A DNA stretch of 64,000 nt from a virus (taxonomy: Duplodnaviria; Caudoviricetes). The notes below the pieces were generated by a model, which made no database searches, was not told the origin of the DNA, and saw nothing but the letters and a program-made list of their open reading frames with translations. This document shows positions 42,865 through 52,966 of the stretch, piece after piece; position 1 is the stretch's first letter; each line of letters begins with the position of its first letter. Where the stretch lies: IMG/VR virus record IMGVR_UViG_3300037483_000352, positions 24,084 to 88,083 of that record; one strand, written 5' to 3'. Position numbers and translations under genes: made by a program.

Positions 42865-43293
42865 TCACTTCCCAGGAGTGCGGACGGTGAGCCGCACGAT
42901 AGCGCCGACATGATCGATTCGTGCTGTCTCGAACTTCCCGCCGTAGTCCCGGATGCCGTCGCAGTTGGCATCGGTGCCGTCCGTCAGGCCAAGATCGGCG
43001 TTTTCGTAGAACACCTGCCGCAGCGACCGGGCGCCGGACCCGGTGACGTACTGGTCAAGGGCTGCCTGTGCCACGGATCCCTCACCGCGCTGAACCAGGA
43101 CGAACAGGTCGAACTTCCACACGTCCATGCCCCGGCCCATGGCGCCGGAGAAGTCGGCCGTGTCGCGCGCGGGCATGACGACCATGGCAGGAAGCTGGAC
43201 GACGTCCTTGACCTCGTTGTACCCGCGCATGGTCGGAATGCGGTTCTGGACCGTGTTGTCGATAGCCGCGCGGATCTCGGAGAAGTTCGCCAT
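42865..43293 (-). CDS. Tail terminator-like protein
   Basis: Size and position after the adaptor gene. Confidence 0.55.
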   Translation of the reverse strand: MANFSEIRAAIDNTVQNRIPTMRGYNEVKDVVQLPAMVVMPARDTADFSGAMGRGMDVWKFDLFVLVQRGEGSVAQAALDQYVTGSGARSLRQVFYENADLGLTDGTDANCDGIRDYGGKFETARIDHVGAIVRLTVRTPGK

Positions 43294-43296
43294 GGG

Positions 43297-43911
43297 TCAG
43301 CCCACCAAGATCTTGCTGACGACGAAACGGCTGAGCTTGTTCTGTGCCATCAGGTTGTCCTTGACCCGGATGGACCCCCACTGATCGGACCCGGCCACCC
43401 CGAAGGGCGCGTCCTTGATCTGGAAAGTGGCCGCCGCCATGATCAGGCAGGCCTGCTTGACCGGCGCCGGTACGGCCGTCCACCCCCACTGCGCGGTGAC
43501 GCGCAACCGGCCGCCGCGCGTGACCCGGTTGACGGCCGTCGGACGGATGACGATCTTGTTGTAGGGCCAGCCGGGCTGGCCGTCCACCACACCGTTGAGC
43601 GGCTGCAACTCGTAGTCGGTCGCGGTCAGCGCGGTGAACACTCCGTCCAGATTGTCAGCTTCGATCACCAGACCGGTCACCGTGTGGAAGTCGTCCACGA
43701 TCACGAACGGGGTGTACATGACCCGGAACTCCCGGGCGGTCGCCGACGTGACCTTGTTGAACTGCCGGTTGCAGTGCTGTTCGATCTCGTCGCTCACGGA
43801 CTCCAGGGCCTGGGTCAGCGAGGTGTCGAACCGGGTGTCTTCCTGCATACCCAGATACGCCTTGAGATCGGCGAGGACCGCGTACGTGTCGCCGAGTGCC
43901 ACGGACCCCAC
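43297..43911 (-). CDS. Head-to-tail adaptor (gp6/gp15-like)
   Basis: YAVLADLKAYLG...IEQHCNRQF...TAQWGW.AVP..VKQACL. Confidence 0.75.
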   Translation of the reverse strand: MGSVALGDTYAVLADLKAYLGMQEDTRFDTSLTQALESVSDEIEQHCNRQFNKVTSATAREFRVMYTPFVIVDDFHTVTGLVIEADNLDGVFTALTATDYELQPLNGVVDGQPGWPYNKIVIRPTAVNRVTRGGRLRVTAQWGWTAVPAPVKQACLIMAAATFQIKDAPFGVAGSDQWGSIRVKDNLMAQNKLSRFVVSKILVG

Positions 43912-43937
43912 CTCCTGGTTAGCGTCTAGCAGGCCGT

Positions 43938-44026
43938 CTGACCTGCGGAAACTCTTTTGATCTTACCCCTGGACCAACGGGGCCACCCAGCTAAAGGATC
44001 TCGTTAGACGGGCACACAGGGCTTTT
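43938..44026 (+). repeat. Dispersed element, copy 3
   Basis: CTGACCTGCGGAAA...AAAGGATCTCGTTAGACGGGCACACAGGGC. Confidence 0.85.
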
Positions 44027-44104
44027 TGGCCCTTACTGATCAGTAACTCGGGCGGTCCGGAGACCGGCTCGATTGGATCACATAGTCATGCGCCGGAACG
44101 CATA

Positions 44105-44830
44105 TCAGACCAACATCCCTGCCACTGAGTAGGTTGCCGAGTTGGCGTTTCCGTGGGTGACGGTGATCCGGAACACCGGGGGCAGGTTGTCCCCGACTGC
44201 CAGGTTGGCCGCCGGAGTCGCCCCCGGGGACACCCGGAGAACCGTCGTCACCGCCGTGGCTATGGCCGCCGACGTCAGCAGCGCGTACGTCTTACCGCTG
44301 ACCCTGTCGACCCCGGACACCGTGACAACAAGCGAAGGCGTGGACGTCACGGCGGTGACGTCGATGATCAGATGCAGACCGGCGTAGCCGTAGCCGCGCC
44401 CGACGATCTCGAACTCCTGCGTGTCCGGGGTCGTCGTCCGCGCGGCCGACGGCAGCACTTCGAACCCTGCCGCGTCGGCCGCCAGCGACCTGATCGTGTT
44501 CGCCATGGGTCACGCCTGCTTCCGGGGACCGCGCCGGGGTGCCGCCGTCTTCTTCGCCGGAGGGGGGAAGTAATCGTCGTCCTCCGCCGTCGCCGGAGCA
44601 GCCTTGGCAGGGGCACTGACCACGGGCTCCGGTTCAGGCTCGTCCTGGGGTGCACTGCGCGCGTCCTCGATGTCATAGTGCACGCTGACCTCGTCGAACA
44701 TGGACTCACGGCCACGAAGAAGAGGGTGACCTTCGCGGACTCGGGTGACCCCACCGGTCACGGTGACCTGGCCCCCGTCGGGTCCATCCAGGACCGCGCT
44801 GTAGCGGGCTACGTAGATCTTTCCGGCCAT
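44105..44830 (-). other. Two post-capsid CDSs: 44105-44506 and 44510-44830
   Basis: ORFs directly downstream of the capsid gene. Confidence 0.6.
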
Positions 44831-44895
44831 GTCTTCCTCCTTGGATCAGCCGGTGACACCGGGGCCTGTCAGTCGACAAGCCCCGGACCAGCGGA

Positions 44896-47451
44896 TCAGG
44901 CGGTGTTGCCTTCGAGGAGACGGAACGCGTTCGGGTCGAGAACCTTCGATCCGTTCCTCCACACGGCGTACAGGCCGCGCTGACCGGAAGGCCGGTTGTT
45001 CGACGTGTGGAACAAGTGCGGGATCAGTTCCACCGCCATGCCGATACGGTCCACGATCAGGAACTTGGAGAAGTCCCCGAGCAGGAGCACGTAGGTGGTG
45101 TCCGTCATGGCCGTGGCCATGGTGGACGCCTCGTACACCGGGTAATCGACCAGGCGCGAGGGGCGGCCTTCGGCGATCCGGGCCCAGAGGTTCGAGCCAC
45201 CGGCCGTGTCGATCTGCCGTACGCGGTTGTACACCGCCTTGTTGCCCAGGAACGACGCGTTCGGGGTGTGGCGCGGGGGCAGATCGTCCACCAGGAGGTA
45301 GATGTCCACCGCCGCGATGCCGCCGACGGTGACCGCCTGCTTGACGCTGCCCGCGACCGCCGACACGCCGGTGATGACGCCCTCGGGGTTCGGCGGAGTG
45401 CCGTTGCCGGTGATGAACGCCGTCGCCTCTTCGGTGTCCTTGGCCTCGGCGAACATCGTTGCCAGCTCGCCGCGCATCTGCGACCAGTCCTGGTCGATCT
45501 CGAAGCTGAAGGGCACGAAGCCCTGGACGCGGGACGGCGTGACGGTCGGCTGCGCGATCGTCGGCGCGTTGTCCCCGGCCTCGGCCGCTTCAGCGGCGCG
45601 GGACACGGTGATGCCCGCCGACGTGACGCCCTGCCACTGCTTGCCCGCGATCTGGACGACTCGCGCGATCTGGCGGATCGGATTGACGACACCGGCGTCC
45701 GTGAGGATCACGGTCGGGTCCAGGTTGAACGGGACCGCGAACCCGCCGGTGGTGGTGACACCGACCGCCAGCGCCGCGCGCTCCTCGTTCGTGAGGCCGT
45801 CCGTGCCGCCCGCCAGCGCCATCTTGCCGAACGCCCGGTCGTACGTCTCGGAGCCGGTCTGGAGGATGCCCCGGGCGATCGTGCCGTCCTTGTCGTCCAC
45901 CCGGCGCAGCAGGCGTTCGATGCGGGTACGCGTCGCGTCCTCGTCGTCCACCGAGTCGTAGTGGCTCATCTCCACGGCCCGCAGCGCGTTGTCACGCATG
46001 GCCCTGGCGAGGTCATCCACGTTGCGCGCGTCACGCCGCAGGGACGTGATGTCGTAGATGTTCTCGGCACGCCGCTGCCGGATCTGGTTCGGGGCGGTGA
46101 ACCCAGTACCGTCCTCGGTGCTGCCGCTACCGGCAAGGACCGCGAGGCGTGCCGATCGTGCGTTGGCCGCCGCAATGGCCGCCGTGTGCACCTCGAACTC
46201 GGCGCTGATATCGTCCCACTCGGTCTGCCGCTCCTCGGGGAGGACCGCGCCGTTGTGCTCCGCGTCGATCTCCTGGAGCCGGGAACGGATCTCGGCCTGT
46301 CGCTGCTCGCGCTCCGCGACCGTCATGGTCAGTTCATCCATGGGGGATGCACTCCTCGTAACTTCCTTCGGCTTCAGGGGAGTTGGAGTGCTCACGCGGC
46401 TCCGGGGTACTGCCGTCCCGGCGGCCCCGGGCTTCGGGGTGCCTCCCGGCTTGGCCGGGGTGGTGCCGGTCCCGGGAGTGATCACCGGAACCTCAGTCGT
46501 GGTGCCCGCTGCGTCGGCCGCCGGAGCGGTGACCACGGGCTTCTGCGGAAGAGCATACGGCACGCCGGACAGTGGCTGTGTGGTGTCCTGCCGTTCGGCC
46601 CACTCGGTGACCTTGTCCTGGTCGTATCCCTGGTCGATCAGGCTGACGATGTACTCACTGCGCTGAGTCAGCGTCTCGTCGTCCGGTTCGACTGCGTCGG
46701 CCGTATCGGACCGGCCGGGCCCGTTGTCGGCAACGGCCGCCGCGCGCTCGGCAGCGAGGCTCTCGCGCGTCTCCCGGACGGACCGCATGGCCGTGTCGTA
46801 CTCATCCGGGCGCCGGGCCCGCAGCGCCGCGTAGTAGTCGTCCGTGGTGGACCGCATCCCGGCCGTCGCGCTGGTGTTGGCCGGGAACATCGTCGGCCCG
46901 AACTCCATGACCCGGACCTCCCGGATCGTGCGCTCCGGGATGCCGTCCGGGTTGGAGTCGGACCGCTCGGGCTCCTCGACCCACTCGTCCTGGAGGACCC
47001 GGAACCGGAACGACGACCCGTATGCACCGGCGTCCAGAGCGGGTACGAGGTCGCGCACGTACGAGGTGTCCAGCAGCGGGACCTCGTACCGGGCGCCGTC
47101 TCCGTCCTCGCTGAGCGACCGGGGCACCCCGAGGGGCTTGTCTCCCACGGTGTAGTCATGGCCATGCTCAAGCAGGCACTTGATCTTGTCGCCCGCGTTC
47201 TTCCGGGACGCGTCGTCGTTGAACGTCTTCTTGAACGACCCGGGGGCGATGCGCTCCAGGAACTTCCCTTCAAATGCCGAGTTGATCTGGTACCAGTTGT
47301 CGAACATGGAGAAATGACCCTCCATGACCGGCATGCCGTCCTTGCCGTCGGCACGCTGCTCCATCCGCAGCTCGGTTCGGTCGGAGTGGGTACGGCAGAC
47401 CGGAACAGACAGCCGCGTCGGAGGACCGTTGATCGGCTCGATATCGGGCAT
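44896..47451 (-). CDS. Fused HK97-type prohead protease and major capsid protein; possible internal start at 46341
   Basis: Protease motifs EGHFS, LEHGH, GSSFRF, EFG..FPAN; capsid motifs GGFAVP, G.GT..PEG, LLGDF; GAGGAG 10 nt before ATG 46341. Confidence 0.9.
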   Translation of the reverse strand: MPDIEPINGPPTRLSVPVCRTHSDRTELRMEQRADGKDGMPVMEGHFSMFDNWYQINSAFEGKFLERIAPGSFKKTFNDDASRKNAGDKIKCLLEHGHDYTVGDKPLGVPRSLSEDGDGARYEVPLLDTSYVRDLVPALDAGAYGSSFRFRVLQDEWVEEPERSDSNPDGIPERTIREVRVMEFGPTMFPANTSATAGMRSTTDDYYAALRARRPDEYDTAMRSVRETRESLAAERAAAVADNGPGRSDTADAVEPDDETLTQRSEYIVSLIDQGYDQDKVTEWAERQDTTQPLSGVPYALPQKPVVTAPAADAAGTTTEVPVITPGTGTTPAKPGGTPKPGAAGTAVPRSRVSTPTPLKPKEVTRSASPMDELTMTVAEREQRQAEIRSRLQEIDAEHNGAVLPEERQTEWDDISAEFEVHTAAIAAANARSARLAVLAGSGSTEDGTGFTAPNQIRQRRAENIYDITSLRRDARNVDDLARAMRDNALRAVEMSHYDSVDDEDATRTRIERLLRRVDDKDGTIARGILQTGSETYDRAFGKMALAGGTDGLTNEERAALAVGVTTTGGFAVPFNLDPTVILTDAGVVNPIRQIARVVQIAGKQWQGVTSAGITVSRAAEAAEAGDNAPTIAQPTVTPSRVQGFVPFSFEIDQDWSQMRGELATMFAEAKDTEEATAFITGNGTPPNPEGVITGVSAVAGSVKQAVTVGGIAAVDIYLLVDDLPPRHTPNASFLGNKAVYNRVRQIDTAGGSNLWARIAEGRPSRLVDYPVYEASTMATAMTDTTYVLLLGDFSKFLIVDRIGMAVELIPHLFHTSNNRPSGQRGLYAVWRNGSKVLDPNAFRLLEGNTA

Positions 47452-47453
47452 GT

Positions 47454-47585
47454 TCAGCCCCCCTTCGGGGCAGTGAGATCCTTCTCGGGCTGCGGGTCCT
47501 TGGCCTTCTTGGGGGCCTTCGCCTTCTGTGGTTTGGGCGCTGATACCGTCCCGGCGAACAGGTCCAGAACGTCAATCTTCTTCAC
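47454..47585 (-). CDS. 43 aa Lys/Pro-rich peptide
   Basis: GTGA overlap with the portal stop codon. Confidence 0.4.
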   Translation of the reverse strand: MKKIDVLDLFAGTVSAPKPQKAKAPKKAKDPQPEKDLTAPKGG

Positions 47586-49990
47586 GTGGTCCTCCCGGTC
47601 ACCGGGTTGTACGTGAACTCCTGCCGCAGACGCACGCTGATCGTATCCCCGTCGACCACGACTTCCTTGATCTCGAACCGCCCACCGGTGACGATCTCCC
47701 GCGCCCGGTCCGGGTTGTCATCTTTGACGAGATCATGTTCGTCTTCGTCCTCTTCGATGTTCGTACCGGGGTCCCCGGCCTTCATGTCTTCAGCGAACGG
47801 ATGGCCCAGCAGTCCCTGTGCGCCGGGTTCCACGGTGAACATCAGCCGGGCTCCGCCTCCTGCCGTGCCCTCCCCGAAGTTCTTCTCGTAGAGATCAGGG
47901 TCTCCGAAGTATTCCGCGACCCCCGGGGAATTCGTGAATGACACAAGTGAGAAATCGAGCGTGCCGCCTTCGGTGAAGTTCCCTGCGATGTCATCCGCGC
48001 TGGCCCCGTCGTAGTAACTCCCCCGGTACAGCTCCCCGGCCTGAGGCTTGGAAGTCGCCAGGCCGAGGACCATCCCGAATGCAGTCACCCTGTCATAGTC
48101 GTTGGTCTCGCCGGACCCCAGGAGAAGGTCATGATCCCCTTGGTCCAAGCCGACCAGTTCGTTCCCTGCTCGCCGGAGACGACGACTGCCCTCGAAGTTC
48201 GAATACCACCCCTGGTCGTGCCCTGCCGCGTAGAACTGTCCGAGTCCGGCCCAGTCGATCACCGACGTCTGCCCGTCCTCAAGGTCTTCGTCCTCGTCGT
48301 AGTCATGGCTTCCGGGGTCCGTGAACGGGTTGTACTCCTGCTTGACCACACCGGCATAGAATGCATCGCTGATGTTCTCGTCAAGGATGTTGTTCTCAGA
48401 CTCGTTCAGGTGGTCCTTGACGGAGATCCCTATCCCGTTTCCACCGCCGGAACCGGGATGCAGGAGGGAGTAGCCCGGATCCCCCTTGTTCCCGTGCCGG
48501 GTGATCCTCACGACTTTTGGGGCACCACCACCACCCGGCAACAGGGCATAGAACGTGCCGCTGTTCGCTTGCGCCGGTTCCGCAGGCTGGCCCGGCGGCA
48601 GCACCGGAGGCCCAGTCGGAGGCGTCGCCCCGGGAGCCTCTGTGCCCGGCGGGAGCAACTGCACGGACACGAGGCCCGTGTGTTCCAGCATGGTCAGGTC
48701 GAAGGCGTTCACCGCAGCGACAGACGACTCCGGGGTGAACCCCGACGTGATCGCCTTGGACAGGTTGCCGAACTGCTCGGTCTGGATCTTCGCCATTTCC
48801 AGCCGGTCTGTGCGCAGGAACGCTATGTCGCGATCGTCGTACCACAGCCGGACCGTGCCGTTGCTGCTCGGCATCACGGTGATCGTCTGGTAGGCCGCTG
48901 AAATGGACCGCCACAGGGGGCGCAAGGTCCGCTCTCCGAACGACTCCTTGGCCGATTTGTAGTTACCCGCGTTCAGGGACGACCCCTGCATGCCCTCGCT
49001 GAATCCCACCACCACGGACGGAACCCCGGCAGCCGCAGCGATGCGGGTCTCACCCGCGCCCTGGACGTTCTTGAAGTCCATCTGGACCATATTCGCGCCG
49101 ACCAGGTCGACGCTCGCTCCGCCCCCGAGGTACATGGTCTTGTACGCATTTTCGATTCCGCCGTTGGCGGCCTCGAACGCGTCCATGAACTGAACGAACT
49201 GATCCCGAGTCACGGTGTCGCTGACCGACACGGCCAGTTTCGGGGTCGCAGCGTTGGCGTAGAACTTGGCCTTATGGCTGGTGGCCTCCTTGTCCGACTG
49301 GATCTCCCGGAGTACGGGGGTCAGCCAGGACATGCCCCGGTACTGCGCTTCGGGGTCCGGGATCGGGCACCAGTGCGCGATCTGCTCAACCGGGTAGATC
49401 TCAGGACTCCCGTTGCCGATTCCGCCGGGGTAGTAGGCGTAACCCAGAACATCGGACTTCACGGCCTGGTCCGGCGCCGCGCTGAGGATGATCTGTACCC
49501 AGTCCGGCCGCAGGCGCCGCAGCCGCCCGGCCTCGCGCGCCACGTAGTGGTTACCGGTGAGGTCCACATCCTGAATCGCGCGGCTGAGAAGTTCGCCTGT
49601 GGTGCCGTTCGGCCACGGGTACTCCAGCAGACTCAGCGCCGGTGAACCGAACAGGTCACCAGGACGGCCGTTCTTGATCCTCTGAAACTGGAACCGCGCT
49701 TCGGAGAACACCGACCTGCGGGCCTCCATGCAGGCGAAGACGATCCCGTTCGTCTTGTACAGAGAGTTGATGTACCCGACGAACGAGTTCTCGATCGACT
49801 CGGTGTCGACGCTGGTGGACGTGCCGCCGAGCTGGTAGTTCATGCCCTGGTACGTCATCATCTCGTACCACTCGGACATGGTGATCATGGGATCCGCGCG
49901 CTGTTCCGTCCGTCCGAGCAAGGACCGCCACAGCTTAGCCATTCGGCTTGACCTCCTTGCGCTCGGTGACTTCGTCCACCTGGTCGACAA
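47582..49990 (-). CDS. HK97-family portal with a C-terminal ADP-ribosyltransferase-like domain
   Basis: Portal motifs (G..Y, G.SWL, FY.N.A.P, IAAA.GVP) in the first ~450 aa; tail carries LYRG, SFT.SP.VA..F and REIV..GRFEI. Confidence 0.8.
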   Translation of the reverse strand: MSTRWTKSPSARRSSRMAKLWRSLLGRTEQRADPMITMSEWYEMMTYQGMNYQLGGTSTSVDTESIENSFVGYINSLYKTNGIVFACMEARRSVFSEARFQFQRIKNGRPGDLFGSPALSLLEYPWPNGTTGELLSRAIQDVDLTGNHYVAREAGRLRRLRPDWVQIILSAAPDQAVKSDVLGYAYYPGGIGNGSPEIYPVEQIAHWCPIPDPEAQYRGMSWLTPVLREIQSDKEATSHKAKFYANAATPKLAVSVSDTVTRDQFVQFMDAFEAANGGIENAYKTMYLGGGASVDLVGANMVQMDFKNVQGAGETRIAAAAGVPSVVVGFSEGMQGSSLNAGNYKSAKESFGERTLRPLWRSISAAYQTITVMPSSNGTVRLWYDDRDIAFLRTDRLEMAKIQTEQFGNLSKAITSGFTPESSVAAVNAFDLTMLEHTGLVSVQLLPPGTEAPGATPPTGPPVLPPGQPAEPAQANSGTFYALLPGGGGAPKVVRITRHGNKGDPGYSLLHPGSGGGNGIGISVKDHLNESENNILDENISDAFYAGVVKQEYNPFTDPGSHDYDEDEDLEDGQTSVIDWAGLGQFYAAGHDQGWYSNFEGSRRLRRAGNELVGLDQGDHDLLLGSGETNDYDRVTAFGMVLGLATSKPQAGELYRGSYYDGASADDIAGNFTEGGTLDFSLVSFTNSPGVAEYFGDPDLYEKNFGEGTAGGGARLMFTVEPGAQGLLGHPFAEDMKAGDPGTNIEEDEDEHDLVKDDNPDRAREIVTGGRFEIKEVVVDGDTISVRLRQEFTYNPVTGRTT

Positions 49991-50135
49991 GCAGCGGTAC
50001 GCCGATCAGAAGTGCGGCACCGGTGCCGAACAGGCCCCATGGACCGAACAGCATGGTGAGACTCGCCGCGATCATAGCAATACCGATCAGGACAAAGATC
50101 ACGCATTCGCGCCGGGTCACCGGACCACCACCCAA
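49935..50135 (-). CDS. Small 2-TM protein
   Basis: Hydrophobic ORF between the terminase and portal genes. Confidence 0.55.
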   Translation of the reverse strand: MGGGPVTRRECVIFVLIGIAMIAASLTMLFGPWGLFGTGAALLIGVPLLVDQVDEVTERKEVKPNG

Positions 50136-51754
50136 GGATCAGCTGTCGTCAGTTCATGTGCCCTGGCCTGGAGGCCCCAGATAGCCAGGGTCGCGGCCAC
50201 CAGCGGGGAGATATCCGTCGTGGTCGACTTACGGTCCCAGGCCCACAGTTCCGCAAGATTACGCTTGGCCGCGCCGGACACCGCCAGCGTCAGGGACACC
50301 TGATCCCGGTGAACCAACCTCTGGGTCTCGCCCTGGGGAGGAACCACGGACGAACCGAACCACCCGCAGGTCTGCGCGTACTCGCGAGCCGTGGGTGACT
50401 GGACCTCCATGTTCAGGGTGTCCATAACCCCGCCTTCACGCTCCAGGTCGGTGATCAGAGACCCGGCCTGGGAAGCGCGGTCGATGACGATCGCGGCAGG
50501 TTTCCACCGGGTGATCAATGCTTCAAGCCGGGGAACCACCCACCGGTCACCGGGCTTGTGATCCAGGTCGTCCTCCCCGGTGATCTCTATGTGAGTCAGC
50601 CCGTCCGGGTTGGTACCGGCCACCGCGATGCAGGCGTACTTCCGGTCCGGGGTCATGTCGACGGCGAACACCAGGGGCGCAATGGGTGAGGACGTGAGGT
50701 CGGCCGCAGCCTGCCATGACGGCTCGTCGATGACTTGCCAGGCGTCCTCCTCAACCGGCCAGTCACCGAGTCCCAGCCGCTCCCTGTCGAATTCTTCAGG
50801 GTCCATCTGGGACTGTTCCCCAAGGATGTGTTCGAGGGACTGCCGGGGGTCCATGACGCCGCCGATCCGGATGCCGAATCCCGGGTTGGCCTTGGCGTAC
50901 GAGATGATGATCCTGTTGGTCTTGCGGATGATCTCTTCCTCGGGCATGCCGGGAAGAATCTGGAACCGCTTCTGATCGTGTTCCTCGCAGTCCCGGGGGC
51001 AGAAGTTCGAGCACGGCTCCACGGACCATTCCAGGAACGACACCCGGGGCTCCCCCCGCAGGCCACGGCGGCGCAGACGTCCGAAAGCTGTGGAGTGCTT
51101 GAACCCGGCCGACCCGGCGTAGATCACTTGCGGATTCGGCACGGCGGACAGCGTGGGCAGGATCGCGCCTACCGCGACGCCGGACAGGATCATGGCCTCG
51201 TTGAAGATCAGACAATCACATGTCCAGCCACGGCCGCCGCCCTCCGTCCGGGTACGGAACCGCAGCTCACGAGTCACCCCGTCACGGACGATCTCGATGC
51301 CCTCCTTGCCGTGCGACCGGCTGACCGACCCCCGGTGTGTGGTGAGGAACCGGTCAAGGTCGGGGGTGGATTCGATCAGCTGCTCGATGCGCTGGAAGTG
51401 CCGCAAAGCCGTGTCGTAGAGGTGGGCACTGTGGATAGTCAGCTCGTCGTCTTCGGACAGGAACAGGCCGAACAGCTCACGGGCTTCGAGGACGACGTCC
51501 TTGCCGTTCTGGCGTCCGGCCACCAGCCCGAAATCCCTGGATGACCACCTTCCGTCGCTCTGGACTCCGAGTAGTTCGTCCAGCGCCAGCGCCTCCCAAG
51601 GGTCGAGTTCGAGGCCCGCTATGGATGCCAGCTCGCGGGCCTCTTGCCCGCGAGAACTGATCTTCGAGGGGACGCAGTAGATCCGGGGTATCTGATCGCC
51701 CTGGTCGGGCAGGATCAGACGCGGATCCCATGCGTCCACCCGGAGAAGGCTCAC
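50117..51754 (-). CDS. terL: Terminase large subunit
   Basis: Walker A GRQNGK, SAH....A, RG...D.LIFNEA, RERLG.W, nuclease VDMTPDR. Confidence 0.92.
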   Translation of the reverse strand: MSLLRVDAWDPRLILPDQGDQIPRIYCVPSKISSRGQEARELASIAGLELDPWEALALDELLGVQSDGRWSSRDFGLVAGRQNGKDVVLEARELFGLFLSEDDELTIHSAHLYDTALRHFQRIEQLIESTPDLDRFLTTHRGSVSRSHGKEGIEIVRDGVTRELRFRTRTEGGGRGWTCDCLIFNEAMILSGVAVGAILPTLSAVPNPQVIYAGSAGFKHSTAFGRLRRRGLRGEPRVSFLEWSVEPCSNFCPRDCEEHDQKRFQILPGMPEEEIIRKTNRIIISYAKANPGFGIRIGGVMDPRQSLEHILGEQSQMDPEEFDRERLGLGDWPVEEDAWQVIDEPSWQAAADLTSSPIAPLVFAVDMTPDRKYACIAVAGTNPDGLTHIEITGEDDLDHKPGDRWVVPRLEALITRWKPAAIVIDRASQAGSLITDLEREGGVMDTLNMEVQSPTAREYAQTCGWFGSSVVPPQGETQRLVHRDQVSLTLAVSGAAKRNLAELWAWDRKSTTTDISPLVAATLAIWGLQARAHELTTADPWVVVR

Positions 51755-52197
51755 CGGACGGCGCCGTGACCGGATCCGCGACGGCGGCCGTTCGCCTCAC
51801 GCCGGGGACCACCGAGGGACCCCGGCCGCCGCGCGGCCAGCTCATCGTAGGCAGACATGTGCCCGGGGTCATCCGGGACTTTCTGGGGGTCGGACTCTTC
51901 GATCCCCTGCGCTTTCATAAGCTGCCGGATCAGGGACGAAGACACTTCCACCGACCGGTTGTTCCCGCCGATGGCGGATACCCACACGGACGACAACAGA
52001 CGTGAGATCCTGGCCATCTGAAGCGCCCTGGTGGCGGTCGGAGACAGGGCGTCAATGGGGTTTTCCGTAAGCGCTGTTTCTACGTCCGCGACGGCTTCCG
52101 TGCGCGAGGAATAGCCGCACTCGACGACGATCACGTTCCAGTCGACACCCGCGAGGGCAAAGCCAAAAGCCTTCTTACGGCGTGCTTCGGGGGTCAT
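51751..52197 (-). CDS. terS: Terminase small subunit
   Basis: N-terminal HTH and helical core; overlaps the terL start. Confidence 0.7.
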   Translation of the reverse strand: MTPEARRKKAFGFALAGVDWNVIVVECGYSSRTEAVADVETALTENPIDALSPTATRALQMARISRLLSSVWVSAIGGNNRSVEVSSSLIRQLMKAQGIEESDPQKVPDDPGHMSAYDELAARRPGSLGGPRREANGRRRGSGHGAVR

Positions 52198-52210
52198 CGG
52201 GGGCCACCTC

Positions 52211-52966
52211 CTAATATCCGGACACCGTGGCGAAAGCGCCCATGACTACCCACGAGTGCCACCGGAAGAGTACTTCCGGAGCCTTCCACCCGGCCGACTC
52301 CATGGTCATTTTCAGGGTGGATTCAGGGTACGGCATGAGGACTCCCCGGAGCGCTGAGGCCTTTGCCCGAATGGCTGACGCGTCGATCCCGTGGTCAGCC
52401 TTCCAGTCGTGGCTGAGGTCGTTGGCAATCTCCGCCCACCGGGCATCGGTGGGCCGGACCTTCTCCGCCACCAGCAGGGCGCCGGTTTCGTTGGCGCACA
52501 TGCGCGCGTTGCGCAACGCCGCCAGACGGCCCCGGAGAGACATGAACTGGAGGGTGAAGAAGATCAAGGTCAGGTCGGCGTCGGCGTGCTTGAGGGGCTG
52601 GGTGATGTCGTGATCGAAGTACTGCACGTGCTCCCCGGAATGTGGCTCCTTCGCCATGAGCGCGGATGCCCGGGTGAGCATCGGCTGTTCCACGTCATAG
52701 AGCGCCGCATGGATGTTCCGCTGAGGATGACGGGCCATCATCCGGCGCACGGTGGTGCCCGTGCTGGCCCCCAGGTCGGCCACCAAGCCACCGGCCGGAA
52801 CAGTCCAGTCGGAGACTTGGGCAGCAAGATCCTGAATGGCGTCGTAGAACGGGACCGAAGCCCGGACGTGCTGGTCGAAGACGTCCACCACGTCCTGGGT
52901 GAAGGCCCATGATCCGGTCTGGAACTGCTCGGCGACGTCAGCCGTAGAGCCGTCGGTGTTCGGCAC
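52211..52966 (-). CDS. cmoA: CmoA-like carboxy-S-adenosylmethionine synthase homolog
   Basis: W.F...V..VFD..V..SVP.Y, DLG.S.G, FTLQF, LLVAEK, HDWK...G align by eye along the full length of E. coli CmoA. Confidence 0.8.
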   Translation of the reverse strand: MPNTDGSTADVAEQFQTGSWAFTQDVVDVFDQHVRASVPFYDAIQDLAAQVSDWTVPAGGLVADLGASTGTTVRRMMARHPQRNIHAALYDVEQPMLTRASALMAKEPHSGEHVQYFDHDITQPLKHADADLTLIFFTLQFMSLRGRLAALRNARMCANETGALLVAEKVRPTDARWAEIANDLSHDWKADHGIDASAIRAKASALRGVLMPYPESTLKMTMESAGWKAPEVLFRWHSWVVMGAFATVSGY

